Shown: piece after piece, positions 51,155 through 62,790 of the stretch
Layout: each line of letters starts with the position of its first letter
Position numbering within the stretch: the first letter of the stretch is position 1
Notes under the pieces: generated by a model
What the model was told of the DNA's origin: nothing
What the model saw: only the letters and a program-made list of their open reading frames with translations
Database searches by the model: none
Made by a program: the position numbers and the translations under genes
DNA from: Hormiphora californensis
Taxonomy: Eukaryota; Animalia; Ctenophora
Direction of reading: 5' to 3'
Assembly (NCBI GenBank): GCA_020137815.1
Contig: CM035360.1
Coordinates: 7,874,001 to 7,938,000, forward strand
DNA: 64,000 nt

Positions 51155-52894
51155 ACAGTATCTGATTTTTGATTCCTAGTTTGCGTGTGATGTATATATT
51201 ATATACATCACACGCAAACTAGGAATCAAAAATCAGATACTGTATCAGATAATAAATTGTTCGATCTTTTCTCCCTCTTCTCGTTTGTTAATGTTAGGTT
51301 TAAGAGATTTGATTTGGAATTTGGATCGCCTCCGTGACTTTTCGTCTGACTGGATGGTCCAAGCCAGTTGCCAATATGTCAAACTCTAAATCAGGGGGTT
51401 CTTCATTGTGTTGTGATTGGTAGTGTGCTGCAAGTGCCTCGTTAGGGTAGATATTGGGTGATTTCGCTGCCAATCTGTGCTCCTTGAAACGGTCACGGCA
51501 CGGTCTAGCCGTTTCACCCACATATATTTCATTACATAATTTACACACTATCTTGTATACCACTCCCTTGACAGTACAATCCAAAGTGGGATGGGTCATG
51601 AGGGGGCATACAAGACAGTTAGTGACAGTGTGTTCTGTCGTACGGTCTCGATTTGCAAAACAGGTTTCTCAACTTGGTACCTGGTGTAAACACAACTCGG
51701 ATGGGAAGAATGTTTGACCGTATGAATGAAGTTACAAACTCAGAAAATGATTCACTAATATAGGGAAGGTTAAGTATCGTGAAGTGCTCTCGAGATGTGG
51801 AAATCGACATAAGGCGGCGCTCGGAAGTTTGTCTAGGATCTGGGTACCCGTTATTCATCAACAGCTTATCAACCATACCCATCGAGTGCTCCTCGTGGGT
51901 AGCATTCGATGAGCAGGTAGCAGCTGTTCGGTAGGAGTTCTTGATAGTATTAATCTTCACACCTTCAGGTTGATGACTCTTTGAATGTAGGGTCATGGGT
52001 TTCTTCTGAGGTTTACTATAATATACTAATTATTATATACTAATATAATATCGGTGTTCTACAATACCCTCATCAGATACCCGCAACTCTGCATCCAAGA
52101 ACGGCACCCAATCTCCCTTCTCTGGGTAATCTACTTCCCACTGTAGGAGCTGATCGGGGTCCTCCTTAGCAATACCTGCCACCAATTCTCTCGCTTCCAC
52201 CTCAGATTTTGCAAACGAAGCAGGCAGTATCGTCTACATATCTTCCGTAGAATGTGAGACGGAGGTTAGTGTATATACTAGCTCTCTCAAACATATACAC
52301 ACGGATGATTGCTGCTAGGGGCGAGGGTTTCGATCCCATGAACAGACCGACAAGTTGTTTATACAGCTTGTTGTCGTACACGAAATACGAATTCTCAAGT
52401 ACCACATTCAACATCAGGTGTATATCAGTAGCAGAGATCCCCCAAGTATCTAACTCCTCCCAGTGTTCGAGAGAGAATTCAACTAATGACTTCACGCTCG
52501 CCTGTATGTCGATGTTGGTGTAAAGTGAAACTACATCTGCCGAGAAAAACGACATCTCCTGAAGTTGGGAAGGTGGTATATCATGGAGTGCAGTTAGGTG
52601 GTTATGGATGTTAGAGAGGTGTGAGGGCACGTGTTTGAGTAAAGGTGACAAGATGGTTGTGACGGTGTGCGGACTCTAGTGCTACACTCTAAGTCTAAAG
52701 AGGACTCTATATCTAAATTTAGATTTAGATAAAGAGTCCAAATAATTCTAAACTCTAGGAGGACTCTTTATCTAAAAAGTCTGCACAGGGCGGACTCTTT
52801 ATCTAAAAAGTCTAAACAAAGTGGACTCTATATCTACATAAATCTAAATTAGAAGTGTTAGGGCCGTTATTTGGGTTCGAGGTTAGGGTTGGGG

Positions 52895-53913
52895 CCATAA
52901 ACAATCGAATTCCTGCCAGCGAGGGCGCGGTTAAGATCAATCGATTTCCTGCCACGCCCACGGTTAGGAACACAGTGTACGGAAATCCGACACATTTTAT
53001 TTTTAAGTGCTACTTTAGTTAATCACTGCTAATTAGTGGTTGATTATTTTGAAGTTTTAAGAACGGATAAAGGGAACAGAAGGGATTATCTATCCAGCTA
53101 TGTAATTTTTAGTTGAATTTTCAGATCATAACATAAGTCTATCCTTCCAGAACACCAGGTCATTTTTGGTCATTTTTGGACATAATTGATCAATTATCTA
53201 ATTGACCAATTAACTTTTTTTAAGGTTAAGCTGGCCTAACCTTCACGTCTCAACGTCCTCTTTCAGATGGTGTAATTTTTTTGGAATTTTGTAAAACACA
53301 ACTTCACTCAAACTGCATTTAACTGTTTAGTACTAGCCTATTGTACCGTCTTCATAGTGAAGTGCAATTTCGGGTCGAAAAAGTCAATTTTGTAACAAAG
53401 TCATATCTTAACTGTTTTTAATCAAATAAATTGTTGCATTAATGTTGTCGATACGGTTATCCGCTTATTACTACTTACTTTTATTAAGTTTTTTGGCCAA
53501 AATCGAGCCAATATAGCGTTTTTTGGTCAATTTTGGACATATATGACTAAAAAATCCCAAAATTATCGAAAGTATCGAATTCCGTACAACACATGAACCC
53601 TAACCATTCATACTCCGTTGGTTAGAAACGATCGAATTCCGTCCAAACCGTTCTATTTCCGTTCTATGAGGCCAGGGTTAGAAAATATCGAATTCCGTAC
53701 ACGCAGGGTACTTACAATAGCACTCTCTGCACTCTTGTACGGAATTCGATAGTTTCTAACCTTGCCCGTGGACGGACATCATACAGACTGGACGGACATA
53801 CGACAAACTGTACGGATAGTAGACTCAGTGGATGCATCAGAAAGATCGGACGGACACTGCACAGTTTGTCGGATGTCCTGCCAATATGTCGTACGGATTT
53901 CGATTGTTTATGG
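52895..53913. mobile_element. Unclassified TIR element inserted into the TTAGGG tract of the MITE
   Basis: 15-bp TIR CCATAAACAATCGAA / TTCGATTGTTTATGG splits the telomere-like tract. Confidence 0.75.
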
Positions 53914-55291
53914 TTAGGGTTAGTGTTAGGGTTAGGTTTTGGGTTGGGTTAGGATTGTAGACATAGAGTCCGGGTTGGGGGATTTGGCGCCAAAATGTAC
54001 TAGAGGACTCTATATCTAAAAATTCTACACAGGGCGGACTCTTTATCTAAAAAGTCTACACAGGGAGGACTCTTTATCTAAACTTTTTTCAAAATCTAAC
54101 TGTAGATAAAGAGTCCGTTTTTAGATATAGAGTCCGCCTTGGATTTAGATAAAGAGTCCGTTAGCACTAGAGTCCGCCCACCGGTTGGTAGTACCCATGC
54201 CAACTTCTCAGTAGGTGACCCGCAACAACTCACTATTATAGGACGCACCTTAAAATCACTCAAATCCGGTTCACTCAAATCAATATTCGACATTCATCTT
54301 GTGAGTTTTAATCAATATATACATGGTTGGCAGAGTAGAATCACGGGAAATAAATAAATCTGAGAATTTTCTATCCAAACTCACTTTCTCACAAATAGTC
54401 GACAAAAGGGTATTAGCTTCACTTTCTAAATTATTACGTGAAGAAGCAATAGAATTACTGTAGGAATATTCAGTCGGTTTAGCAATAGTACGGGTACCTC
54501 GGCTTGGAGGCAAAAACTTATACACACCCTTTTCACAAATAGAGTCTCTGTAATACTTTTCTGAATCTGCTTGTCTATCACCACGAATTCACCCCCCTTT
54601 TCCGAGACAGAGATGTGTAGATCATTCTTCCTCTTCAATAGAGATCGGAGTCCGTCGCGTTGGGAGGGTGTGATGTTGGACTTGGATTTGGTGGTTTCCA
54701 AGCGAGTCAGGATCACTTGCTGGAGCTGGCGGAGGTCATGCTTCCCATCCGAGTTGTGTTTACACCAGGTACCAAGTTGAGAAACCTGTTTTGCAAATCG
54801 AGACCGTACGACAGAACACACTGTCACATTACTAACTGTCTTGTATGCCCCCTCATGAACCATCCCACTTTGGATTGTACTGTCAAGGGAGTGGTATACA
54901 AGATAGTGTGTAAATTATGTAATGAAATATATGTGGGTGAGACGGCTAGACCGTGCCGTGAGCGTTTCAAGGAGCATATCTACCCTAACGAGGCACTTGC
55001 AGCACACTACCAATCACAACACAATGGAGAACCCCCTGATTTAGAGTTTGACATATTGGCAACTGGCTTGGACCATCCAGTCAGACGAAAAGTCACGGAG
55101 GCGATCCAAATTCCAAATCAAATCTCTTAAACCTAACATTAACAAACGAGAAGAGGGAGAAAAGATCGAACAATTTATTATCTGATACTGTATCTGATTT
55201 TTGATTCCTAGTTTGCGTGTGATGTATATATTGTATAGTTCCTATTTCGTGTATTTTAGATATTAGAGATTAATTAATGTGACCTTATTTT

Positions 55292-55334
55292 TAGCAGCCT
55301 GATGATGTCGATGTTCGACGAAACCGTCGTGTGA
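55292..55334 (+). ncRNA. Minimal type I hammerhead-like motif in the Penelope pseudo-LTR (second copy 50567-50609, minus strand)
   Basis: CTGATGA-t-gtcga(tgt)tcgac-GAAA-c-c-GTC followed by AATAAA. Stem II is perfect, stem III is only 2 bp, and stem I is weak. Confidence 0.6.
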
Positions 55335-56534
55335 TTTATTTCCTGCAATAAAATCATTGTCTCAGTTGTCTATAAACTTCTATCAACTTGTTCTTCCTAA
55401 CCTAAAAATTTCAAGTCTCTATCTCGCCACGAGATGTAATTGAATCGTACATCGGGCCAGCTCTAATTGACAGTGCCATACACCCAGATATCAAGGATTT
55501 TCACAAGTTGGTATGGCTGCATCGAGTTGGTATGGAAGCGTTATAGAGACTTTAATACCCTCCATACCAACTCTCTAAACATAATCTATGAGTTGGTATG
55601 GAGGTCACTGAACCTCACAAAACGCTTCCATACCAACACCCTCCATACCTATGTGGTATGGGGGATGTTGGTATGGAGGTTGTTGGTATGTAAGTGTGGA
55701 ACCCGAGATATGTGCGTTTGAAATCAGGTCAAAAAGACCCCCCTGTCCCATAATTAAAAAATTGGACTAAAAAGTGCATTTTTATTCAGCTGGTCAGTCG
55801 TGCACGTGCAATATTTTAATTTCTGACGTTTAACATGTGATAGGCAAAAGAAATCCGTGCACGAGTTTCGGGGGGTGAACGGTTGAAAAAATGGACTATA
55901 TGTAGGAACGCTAAAATTATTTTTCATCATCTCGTTATCCCACTACAGAATCGTTTATTGTACAGTCGGACCCCGATTTAGGGGCCCCCGATTTAGTGGC
56001 ACCCCGATTTAGGGACAGGATTTTCCCCCCGATATAGGAAATTAACCTTATTTGACCCCGATTTAGTGGACAAGAGCCTTTCCCCCGAGGGTGTCCCTAA
56101 ATCGGGGTCCGACTGTACCAATTTATATAGCACAATGTTCCAAGAGCTATTCTCTACTATAATGTACCGCCTAGGCCAAAAATTCAAGGTACGCCGAGCT
56201 TCATATGGGGCAAAACACACCAATAGAAATCAAAAGTTTAAAAAAATTGAAATCGGTCTAAAAATTGCGGAATTTAGGCGCAACATGCCCGTTTCAACTT
56301 TAAAACACACATTTTTCGCTGAAACTTCGCCATTTCTGTGCCTATTTTAAATTTATTGAGCTGCTTGGGACCAGCTCGATGCCCTCTTTCCAACGAGCCC
56401 AAGAAAAAAGCAATTTGTCCAAGAAACGGCTGAGTTATGACCAACATTTAATTTTTGAATTTTTATTGGTGTGTACACACCAACAAAAATTTACAGGTGC
56501 ACAGTTGCTCGACAGTCAGCAGCCAGAATCTATT

Positions 56535-56744
56535 TCTGGCTGCTAGACCGGCCTATTTCTGGCTGCTAGACCCTATTTCGGACTAATAGACCCTATTTCT
56601 GGCTGCTAGACCCTATTTCTGGCTGCTAGGCCCTATTTCTGGGTCTAGATAGGGTCTAGCAGCCAGAAACAGGGCCTAGCAGCCAGAAATAGGGTCTATC
56701 AGCCAGAAATAGGGTCTATCAGCCAGAAATAGGGTCTATCAGCC
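56535..56744. repeat. 20-bp CCCTATTTCTGGCTGCTAGA tandem array folded into an inverted pair
   Basis: About five forward units followed by about five reverse-complement units. Confidence 0.85.
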
Positions 56745-57304
56745 GCTCAAAATCAACCCACTCATCACTAAGATATCGGACTTTTATTTAGTTAGGAGCT
56801 AACTTTCAAAGTTAAGATTTGGGACATATGAGGCTCGGCGTACCTTGACTTTTTTAGCCAAGTCGGTACCTACAACAACATTGTCCAATTCTTCTGTCCA
56901 TTCTAACTTTAAATTATTTTCTTACTTAACCGTTACTTAAAATAAAAACGATAGTAAGGTAGTTTTTTGAGTGAGCAAAATAATTACATATATATTACAT
57001 ACAACTATATTTAATTTTGTTTCCATCATACATGTACTTACATAATTCATATTATACTTCACATTTGGTAACCGTAAAATACTTATTTTACTTATTTGTT
57101 ATTAGGGTAAGCTGGGGGTAAAGTGGCCCATGTATGTGGCCAATTAGCCCTATGGATAACGTGTGGTCACGTGACTTTTTCTCCAGCGGAGACCTGCTCG
57201 TTCTGTGCCTGTCAGGCCAATGCTCTGACAGTTCTGTGCCGTATTTTTGCTTTAAAACTGCTGTAATTTCTGTTTGAGTTGGCCAATTTTAATTTTGCAA
57301 AAAC

Positions 57305-57450
57305 TGCCAGTGAAGTGGACGCTTGGGGTGCACAGGAAAGCTACCAACACCGCTTGCTACGGTGAAACAGGAAGAGCTCCAACGTTCATTGCGATCATTA
57401 GTCAGGGTATATCCTACTTTGATAGAGTAATGTCCAAAACATCGGAATCT
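57305..57450 (+). pseudogene. Fragment of a LINE ORF2 C-terminal region
   Basis: KWTLGVHRKATNTACYGETGRAP resembles the post-RT K-x-x-LGV-x-x-x-x-x-N-x-A-x-YGE-x-GR-x-P segment of APE-type LINEs. Confidence 0.6.
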
Positions 57451-57636
57451 GACTCCAGTTGGCTATCGCCAGCTCTCGCTGGCGATAGCCAACTTGATAA
57501 CGCGCCGTGCTACAAACCTTCATAGTTCATATAGCAAGTTATATATATAGCAAGTCATTATGTTATATAACAGTCAAAGGGTCCGGCTAGATCTCATTAA
57601 ATTTTGTCCCACGAGCTTGTGGATATTATTATCCTA

Positions 57637-57752
<116 letters not shown>

Positions 57753-58181
57753 TCTCTCTCTCTCTCAGTCTCACAGTAAACTGCACTCTCTGCTTACATC
57801 GCGATCTCAACTTACGTCTACACCCTGTACCTCAGGTTTGCATTACCACGTGACTTAGTTAACCAGTAATGAGGTAGCAGGCTCGCCACGTGATTATGAT
57901 ACGCCAATAAGAGAGCTTTGTTTGTAGCGGGTGTTGTTTGGGTATACCTGATTTGCGTAGGAGGGCAGCAGCGCAGCAGAACAAGCAAGGGTCCGGTGTA
58001 GTTAGTTATCCGTGTTCGTTTGTGTTAAAAGTTAGCTCATGGGGTACCATATTAGTTATATAATGTATTTATTATGAGTTGTTACAGTGGTGCTTTTAGT
58101 GGGAACGAATACGGTGTCTGAATAATACGGTATCTGACCATTACGGTTTCTGAACTACATATATATATACATATATATATA

Positions 58182-59216
58182 TAGACCCCGCTGGCTCAAA
58201 TAGACGCACGGCGCGCTCAAATAATTTGCACTGGTCTATTGGGCCGTGCACTGCTGTGAGTTTGTCTCGATAGACGCACGCCCTCTGACAGATTTGTGTA
58301 CAGATCACAAATAATCACTGGAAAATGACTTGGTAACACAAGAGGGAGTGTGTGTACAACCTACAACGTTCTCTGTCTAGATTTGGCGCCCGCCAGTCTG
58401 TTGCAACTGTTGCCCCACTGTTGCTCATGACCCACAATTAACGGTTATATCTCTCTGCATATTCCGGTGGGCGGACTCTAGTGCTAACAGACTCTTTATC
58501 TAAATTCAAGGCGGACTCTATATCTAAAAGCGGACTCTTTATCTACAGTTAGACTTTGAAAAAAATTTAGATAAAGAGTCCGCCCAGTGTAGACTTTTTA
58601 GATATAGAGTCCGCACTGTGTAGACTTTTTAGACATAGAGTCCCCTGGTACATTTTGGCGCCAAATCCCCCAACCCGGACTCTATGTCTAAAATCCTAAA
58701 CCAACCCAAAACCTAACCCTAACCATAACCCTAACCCTAACCTCGAACCCAAATAATGGCCCTAACACTTCTCAATTAGTATAGAGGTACAGCAAACTCT
58801 CGTTTCCGGCCTAACGGCCGACATCTCGAGTTCGCTGAGAATGGCGGACTCTATGTCTAATTTAGATTTATGTAGATATAGAGTCCGCTCTTTGTAGACT
58901 TTTTAGATAAAGAGTCCGCCCTGTTTAGACTTTTTAGAGATAGAGTCCTCCTAGAGTTTAGACTTATTTGGACTCTTTATCTAAATCTAAATTTAGATAT
59001 AGAGTCCACTGTAGACTTAGAGTGTAGCACTAGAGTCCGCACACCCTGCATTCCACCCTTTGAAACTGTTACAACGATTGTTTCGAGTGTGTAGGAATGT
59101 AGAGAGGCACTCTGTGCTTCATTTCCATCTGTTTGACTCGTTTTGTGTGAGCTCTCTGTTTGAGAACCACCTAATTTGTGCTTGTTTTGCTTCTAGGTGC
59201 CCGCCAGCGGGGTCTA
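58182..59216. mobile_element. TAG...CTA-ended MITE hosting the TTAGGG MITE
   Basis: 14-bp TIR TAGACCCCGCTGGC / GCCAGCGGGGTCTA. Confidence 0.6.
58466..59045. mobile_element. MITE carrying a degenerate (TTAGGG)n tract and GGACTCT(A/T)TATCTAAA repeats (other copies about 20519-20959 and 52664-54182)
   Basis: TIR GGTG(G/T)GCGGACTCTAGTGCTA; degenerate TSD of about 9 bp (CTGCAT(A)TTCC). Confidence 0.8.
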
Positions 59217-59840
59217 TAGAACACAACTCCCTCCCTTGCGTGCAGATATACCTGTAAACCCCTCGCTGACGCTCGGGATTTACAGGGCTGTAATGCACGG
59301 TCCCTTCGGGACCCGTGCATTACAGCTCAATAGACGCACTGCTCTGCAGTGCGTCTATTGATTATATGCCCGCGCGGGAGGGAGTTATGTACTATATATA
59401 TATTTGTAATACATATTCTACTAGTATGTTTGAAATACATATAATTTTGGTGTCGAAAGGACTCACGTGTTGTTAGCGCTTTGATTGGTCTCGTCTTACC
59501 GTTTTTCACTGATACCGTGTTGAGCCGATACCGTATTCTGACTACAAGCACTCATGTTAGCACAACGGATTTTGCTAATTCTTTTTGTGAGCACAATTGC
59601 AGAAATCTTATCGACGTACTGCACTTGTAGACCAAATTACAAAAATTACTCCGGTATTTTTCGAATACGTTTTATTATTTGATGCGGCCAGAGCATTGAC
59701 ATGATAGGTTTGGTGGCTGCTGATTATTATCCCGCAACTTAGGCCCAAAACACTAAAACAGTCAGACTACACTAAACTAAATTCTGAGAGTAACGTGACT
59801 TATTACTGATGTAGTACCACTCTTATCTTTACTTAATCAA

Positions 59841-59878
<38 letters not shown>

Positions 59879-60254
59879 AATGCAATAGTACCACTAACTT
59901 CAGCTGTGGCACATCATCTCTTCTGAATTCGTTAACATCTCTTCTGAATTCGTTAACTCTCTGGTCGAGTTTTTATAATAACGAATTCTGTTCGCCCTGC
60001 GGGCTCACCAGCTACTTAATCCACTCGGGCTACGCCCTCGGTGGATTAAGTGATGATGCACCACGCTTTCGCGTGGTACTATCTAGTCTATATTCTCCAG
60101 TAGTAAACTTAATTCCACGATCCCAGCTCATTTTCAGTTCACTTTCAGTATCGCTGTTTTGGGGCCGAGTTTCTATGCCAAATCTAGTCCTGACACCTCA
60201 ATTAACCAATTATTTAATCGATAGTAGTAGTAAACAGCGAACATTATCGGTGCA

Positions 60255-62790
60255 ATGAATGCAAGCACTGTAGCGCTGTTGGCCACAACCCTCAGCGGAG
60301 ATACAGAAACTACAACAAAATCGTCATATGATTTTCCTACTACAGGGTTAGTAGTAGGTACCAACAATTTTATTTTTGTGTGCAACTCCCTCGCTGAAGT
60401 AAATCATTTTGATAATGCCATTTCCTAATTCCTACAGGCTCCCTACAATAATCCAAGGCAGCGGGTTTGATCAGATGTGTTCCGATTTCAACATTGGAAC
60501 GGAAAGTTTTGATGTCTGTGGTGGCATTGTTCTGCGTATAGGATCAGCTGCATTTGCAGGTAAACGGTATTATACGGTATATATGTACGTATATACGTTG
60601 CCTCAAAACGTATATATACGTTGCTTCGAAACCTGAGAACTTGTTTGATACTTCACTAGCATAATACTTAGGGGCGATTCAAAAAGGACTTCCAGGGGTG
60701 GGGGGAGGGGGAGGTAGCCGATTTCGGACATCTCTGGACAAGGGCCGGGGAGGGGGGTTGATACAATTCGGACTGTCCCAGGACCCAGGTTTTGAAACAT
60801 TTTTACTGATTTTACTAGATATAGGTGGACGAAACTCGGACAGGAGGGAGGGAGGGGTATGGCAGATTCGGACAGGCCTGGACAGGGGGAGGGAGGGGTT
60901 GGGGGTGGTAAAAAATGACGAAAAATTATGGACGTCCTTTTTGAATCGGCCCTTAGTAAATTCATCAATTATCGAATAACAGTCGGACTCCGATTTACCG
61001 CCCTAGAATATCACCTCTTATACCGTTCCTCTCGAAGTCGATCTGCTGTAATTAAATGAAGACACGATGTCACAGTGAAATGTAATGCCCTTTATCCCTG
61101 CAGCGTTCTTGCTGATCAGTAGTATCATGCTTATGAAATACACTGTGAACGAAAAAAAGCGTGAGGAATTAAAAGAGAACCGACTGAATAAGCTCAAAGC
61201 TCACAAAGGAACATGGCTACTTCTTATCATGACATTGATGTTTGAGCATTACCAACTTGCAACTTGGTAAATAATATTTATCATTTACCAAATATACTCT
61301 TATCATTAACTAAATAACTAAATATACATGTAAAGAAACAATTTTTAAGCTGATCATTGACATATAATATATAATAATACAACAGGCGGTAAATGTTTGG
61401 GCATTCTGGTACAGAACTCACCATGATTAGCGGAAGACGTACTATAGACGTATTAGCGCCGTATTATAGACGTATTAGCGCCGTGTTATAGGCGTATTAT
61501 AAATGTATTAGCGACAGACCTATTACCGACGGACGTACTCAAGACGTATCCAGACGTAATTAACAATTTGAGGACGATAGACCATTTATGACACATTCGA
61601 AAAAATGCCATATTGGGCGTTGAACAATTTTTTTGCACAACATCAAAACAATTGTGCTAGCTTTGTTCATTCTGAATCTCAGAATCTAAACTCCAGTAAT
61701 TAATATACTATTTTAGTGTGAATAGCGCCTAATTGTTCATTTTTTAATCCTGACATCTGATACACAAATGATGCAAGCAAATCCTGTTGAGAAAACATAG
61801 ACCTTTGCTTAGATAAACCGAATAAAACAAGCCGGACCCAAAACCAACAAAAAATGAACAAACTAGAGGCATTGTAAATTTTGGGTCATATATGACCCTA
61901 TCGTCAAAAGAGGTACCAAATTTTCAAACGGCTCCCACGACAATTGTCCGTTCTGCCTAAATTTCGTATTTTATCATTATCATGATGACGAATATTCGCG
62001 TAAAACCGTTTCCAACATAATGGGAGGTCATTTTTTTGCAATTTGGGTCAGATATGACCCTATCGTCGTTATAGAGATCAAACCTTGCTTTTAGACAATT
62101 TACTGGCCAGTTCTCAACCGCAAAAGCCGTTGTGGGCAAGAAAAAACAACCTGAGTAACCACTGCAAGGTTGAAACTAAACTAGAAAAACAGTTTTTACT
62201 CAAACAAAGCTTCAGAATTTGTAGTCCAGAGACTGTGAAAATACGTTTTTAATTACACTGTACATCGGAGAGCGAACTGTATTGACACATTAATTATCTA
62301 AAAGTGGCTCCATGGTTCTGAATCCACCCTGTACCTCTTTCTGGCAAGCGTGGCTGGGGGAGAGGGTGGTCACTTTTGCGCTTGCCAGCGCAGTAATACG
62401 GTGCTAATACGTCTATAACTCTATAGTATGTCTCCCGCTAATCTTTATTTGCCTTTGTGTCATATCTCTAGTACGTCTAGCGTAGTATTATAATAGTCTC
62501 AAGCAGACAAGCAAATATATTACGTTTATACGTTTATTAAGTTTTGACTACGAGTCGATATAAAATCAGACAATTGCCAAACTGTGTGATAAGTGATAAC
62601 TGTGTAGTAATTGCATCTGTTAACCATTTTCCATTATCACCTAATCCTCTACTCCAGGTTGGTTCTGTTTTGGGGAAATGCAGTGGTGAAACTGTATGCT
62701 TTTTGTACCTATTTCATCGCCACACCTTGTGCTTGGATATATCTGTATAGAGTAGAGAAATACCATGCGAAATCCAGCTTTCCTTTTGGG
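60255..62790 (+). CDS. 5' part of a multi-pass membrane protein resembling the TMD0 of ABCC (SUR/MRP) transporters; continues beyond the window
   Basis: Exons 60255-60346, 60438-60559, 61104-61266 and 62658-62790 are phase-consistent. Translation MNASTVALL...FDQMCSDFNIGTESFDVCGGIVLRIGSAAFAAFLLISSIMLM...LKAHKGTWLLLIMTLMFEHYQLATWLVLFWGNAVVKLYAFCTYFIATPCAWIYLYRVEKYH shows two N-terminal Cys, three hydrophobic helices, and H-x-x-x-W and Y-x-x-x-x-E motifs similar to SUR TMD0 (GHNLRWIL; VYYHNIE). The family assignment is by eye only. Confidence 0.65.
60671..60952. mobile_element. PIF/Harbinger-like MITE in intron 2 of the ABCC-like gene
   Basis: TTA|GGGGCGATTCAAAAAGGAC ... GTCCTTTTTGAATCGGCCC|TTA. 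Confidence 0.8.

Larger units (their letters stand above)
50511..55388 (-). mobile_element. Penelope-like retroelement (RT + GIY-YIG), 5'-truncated, with inverted pseudo-LTR; frameshifted and interrupted
   Basis: Minus-strand RT motifs SEKGGEFVV, ILIKTHK, RPIIVSCCGSPTEKLAW, SADVVSLYTNID, GLFMGSKPSP, YGRYVDDT and PFLD; endonuclease GVVYKIVCKLCNEIYVGETARPCRDRFKEH. The 3' end is repeated in inverted orientation at about 54737-55388. Confidence 0.93.

Noticed and set aside
51300-54740. Selenocysteine recoding, as reported for some Naiad elements
   Set aside because: I saw no in-frame TGA at Cys positions; the disruptions are frameshifts and insertions.
59740-59800. Spliced-leader RNA gene candidate (A/C-rich stretch ending TTCTGAG)
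   Set aside because: There is no immediate GT donor after GAG, no clear Sm site or stem-loops, and only one copy.
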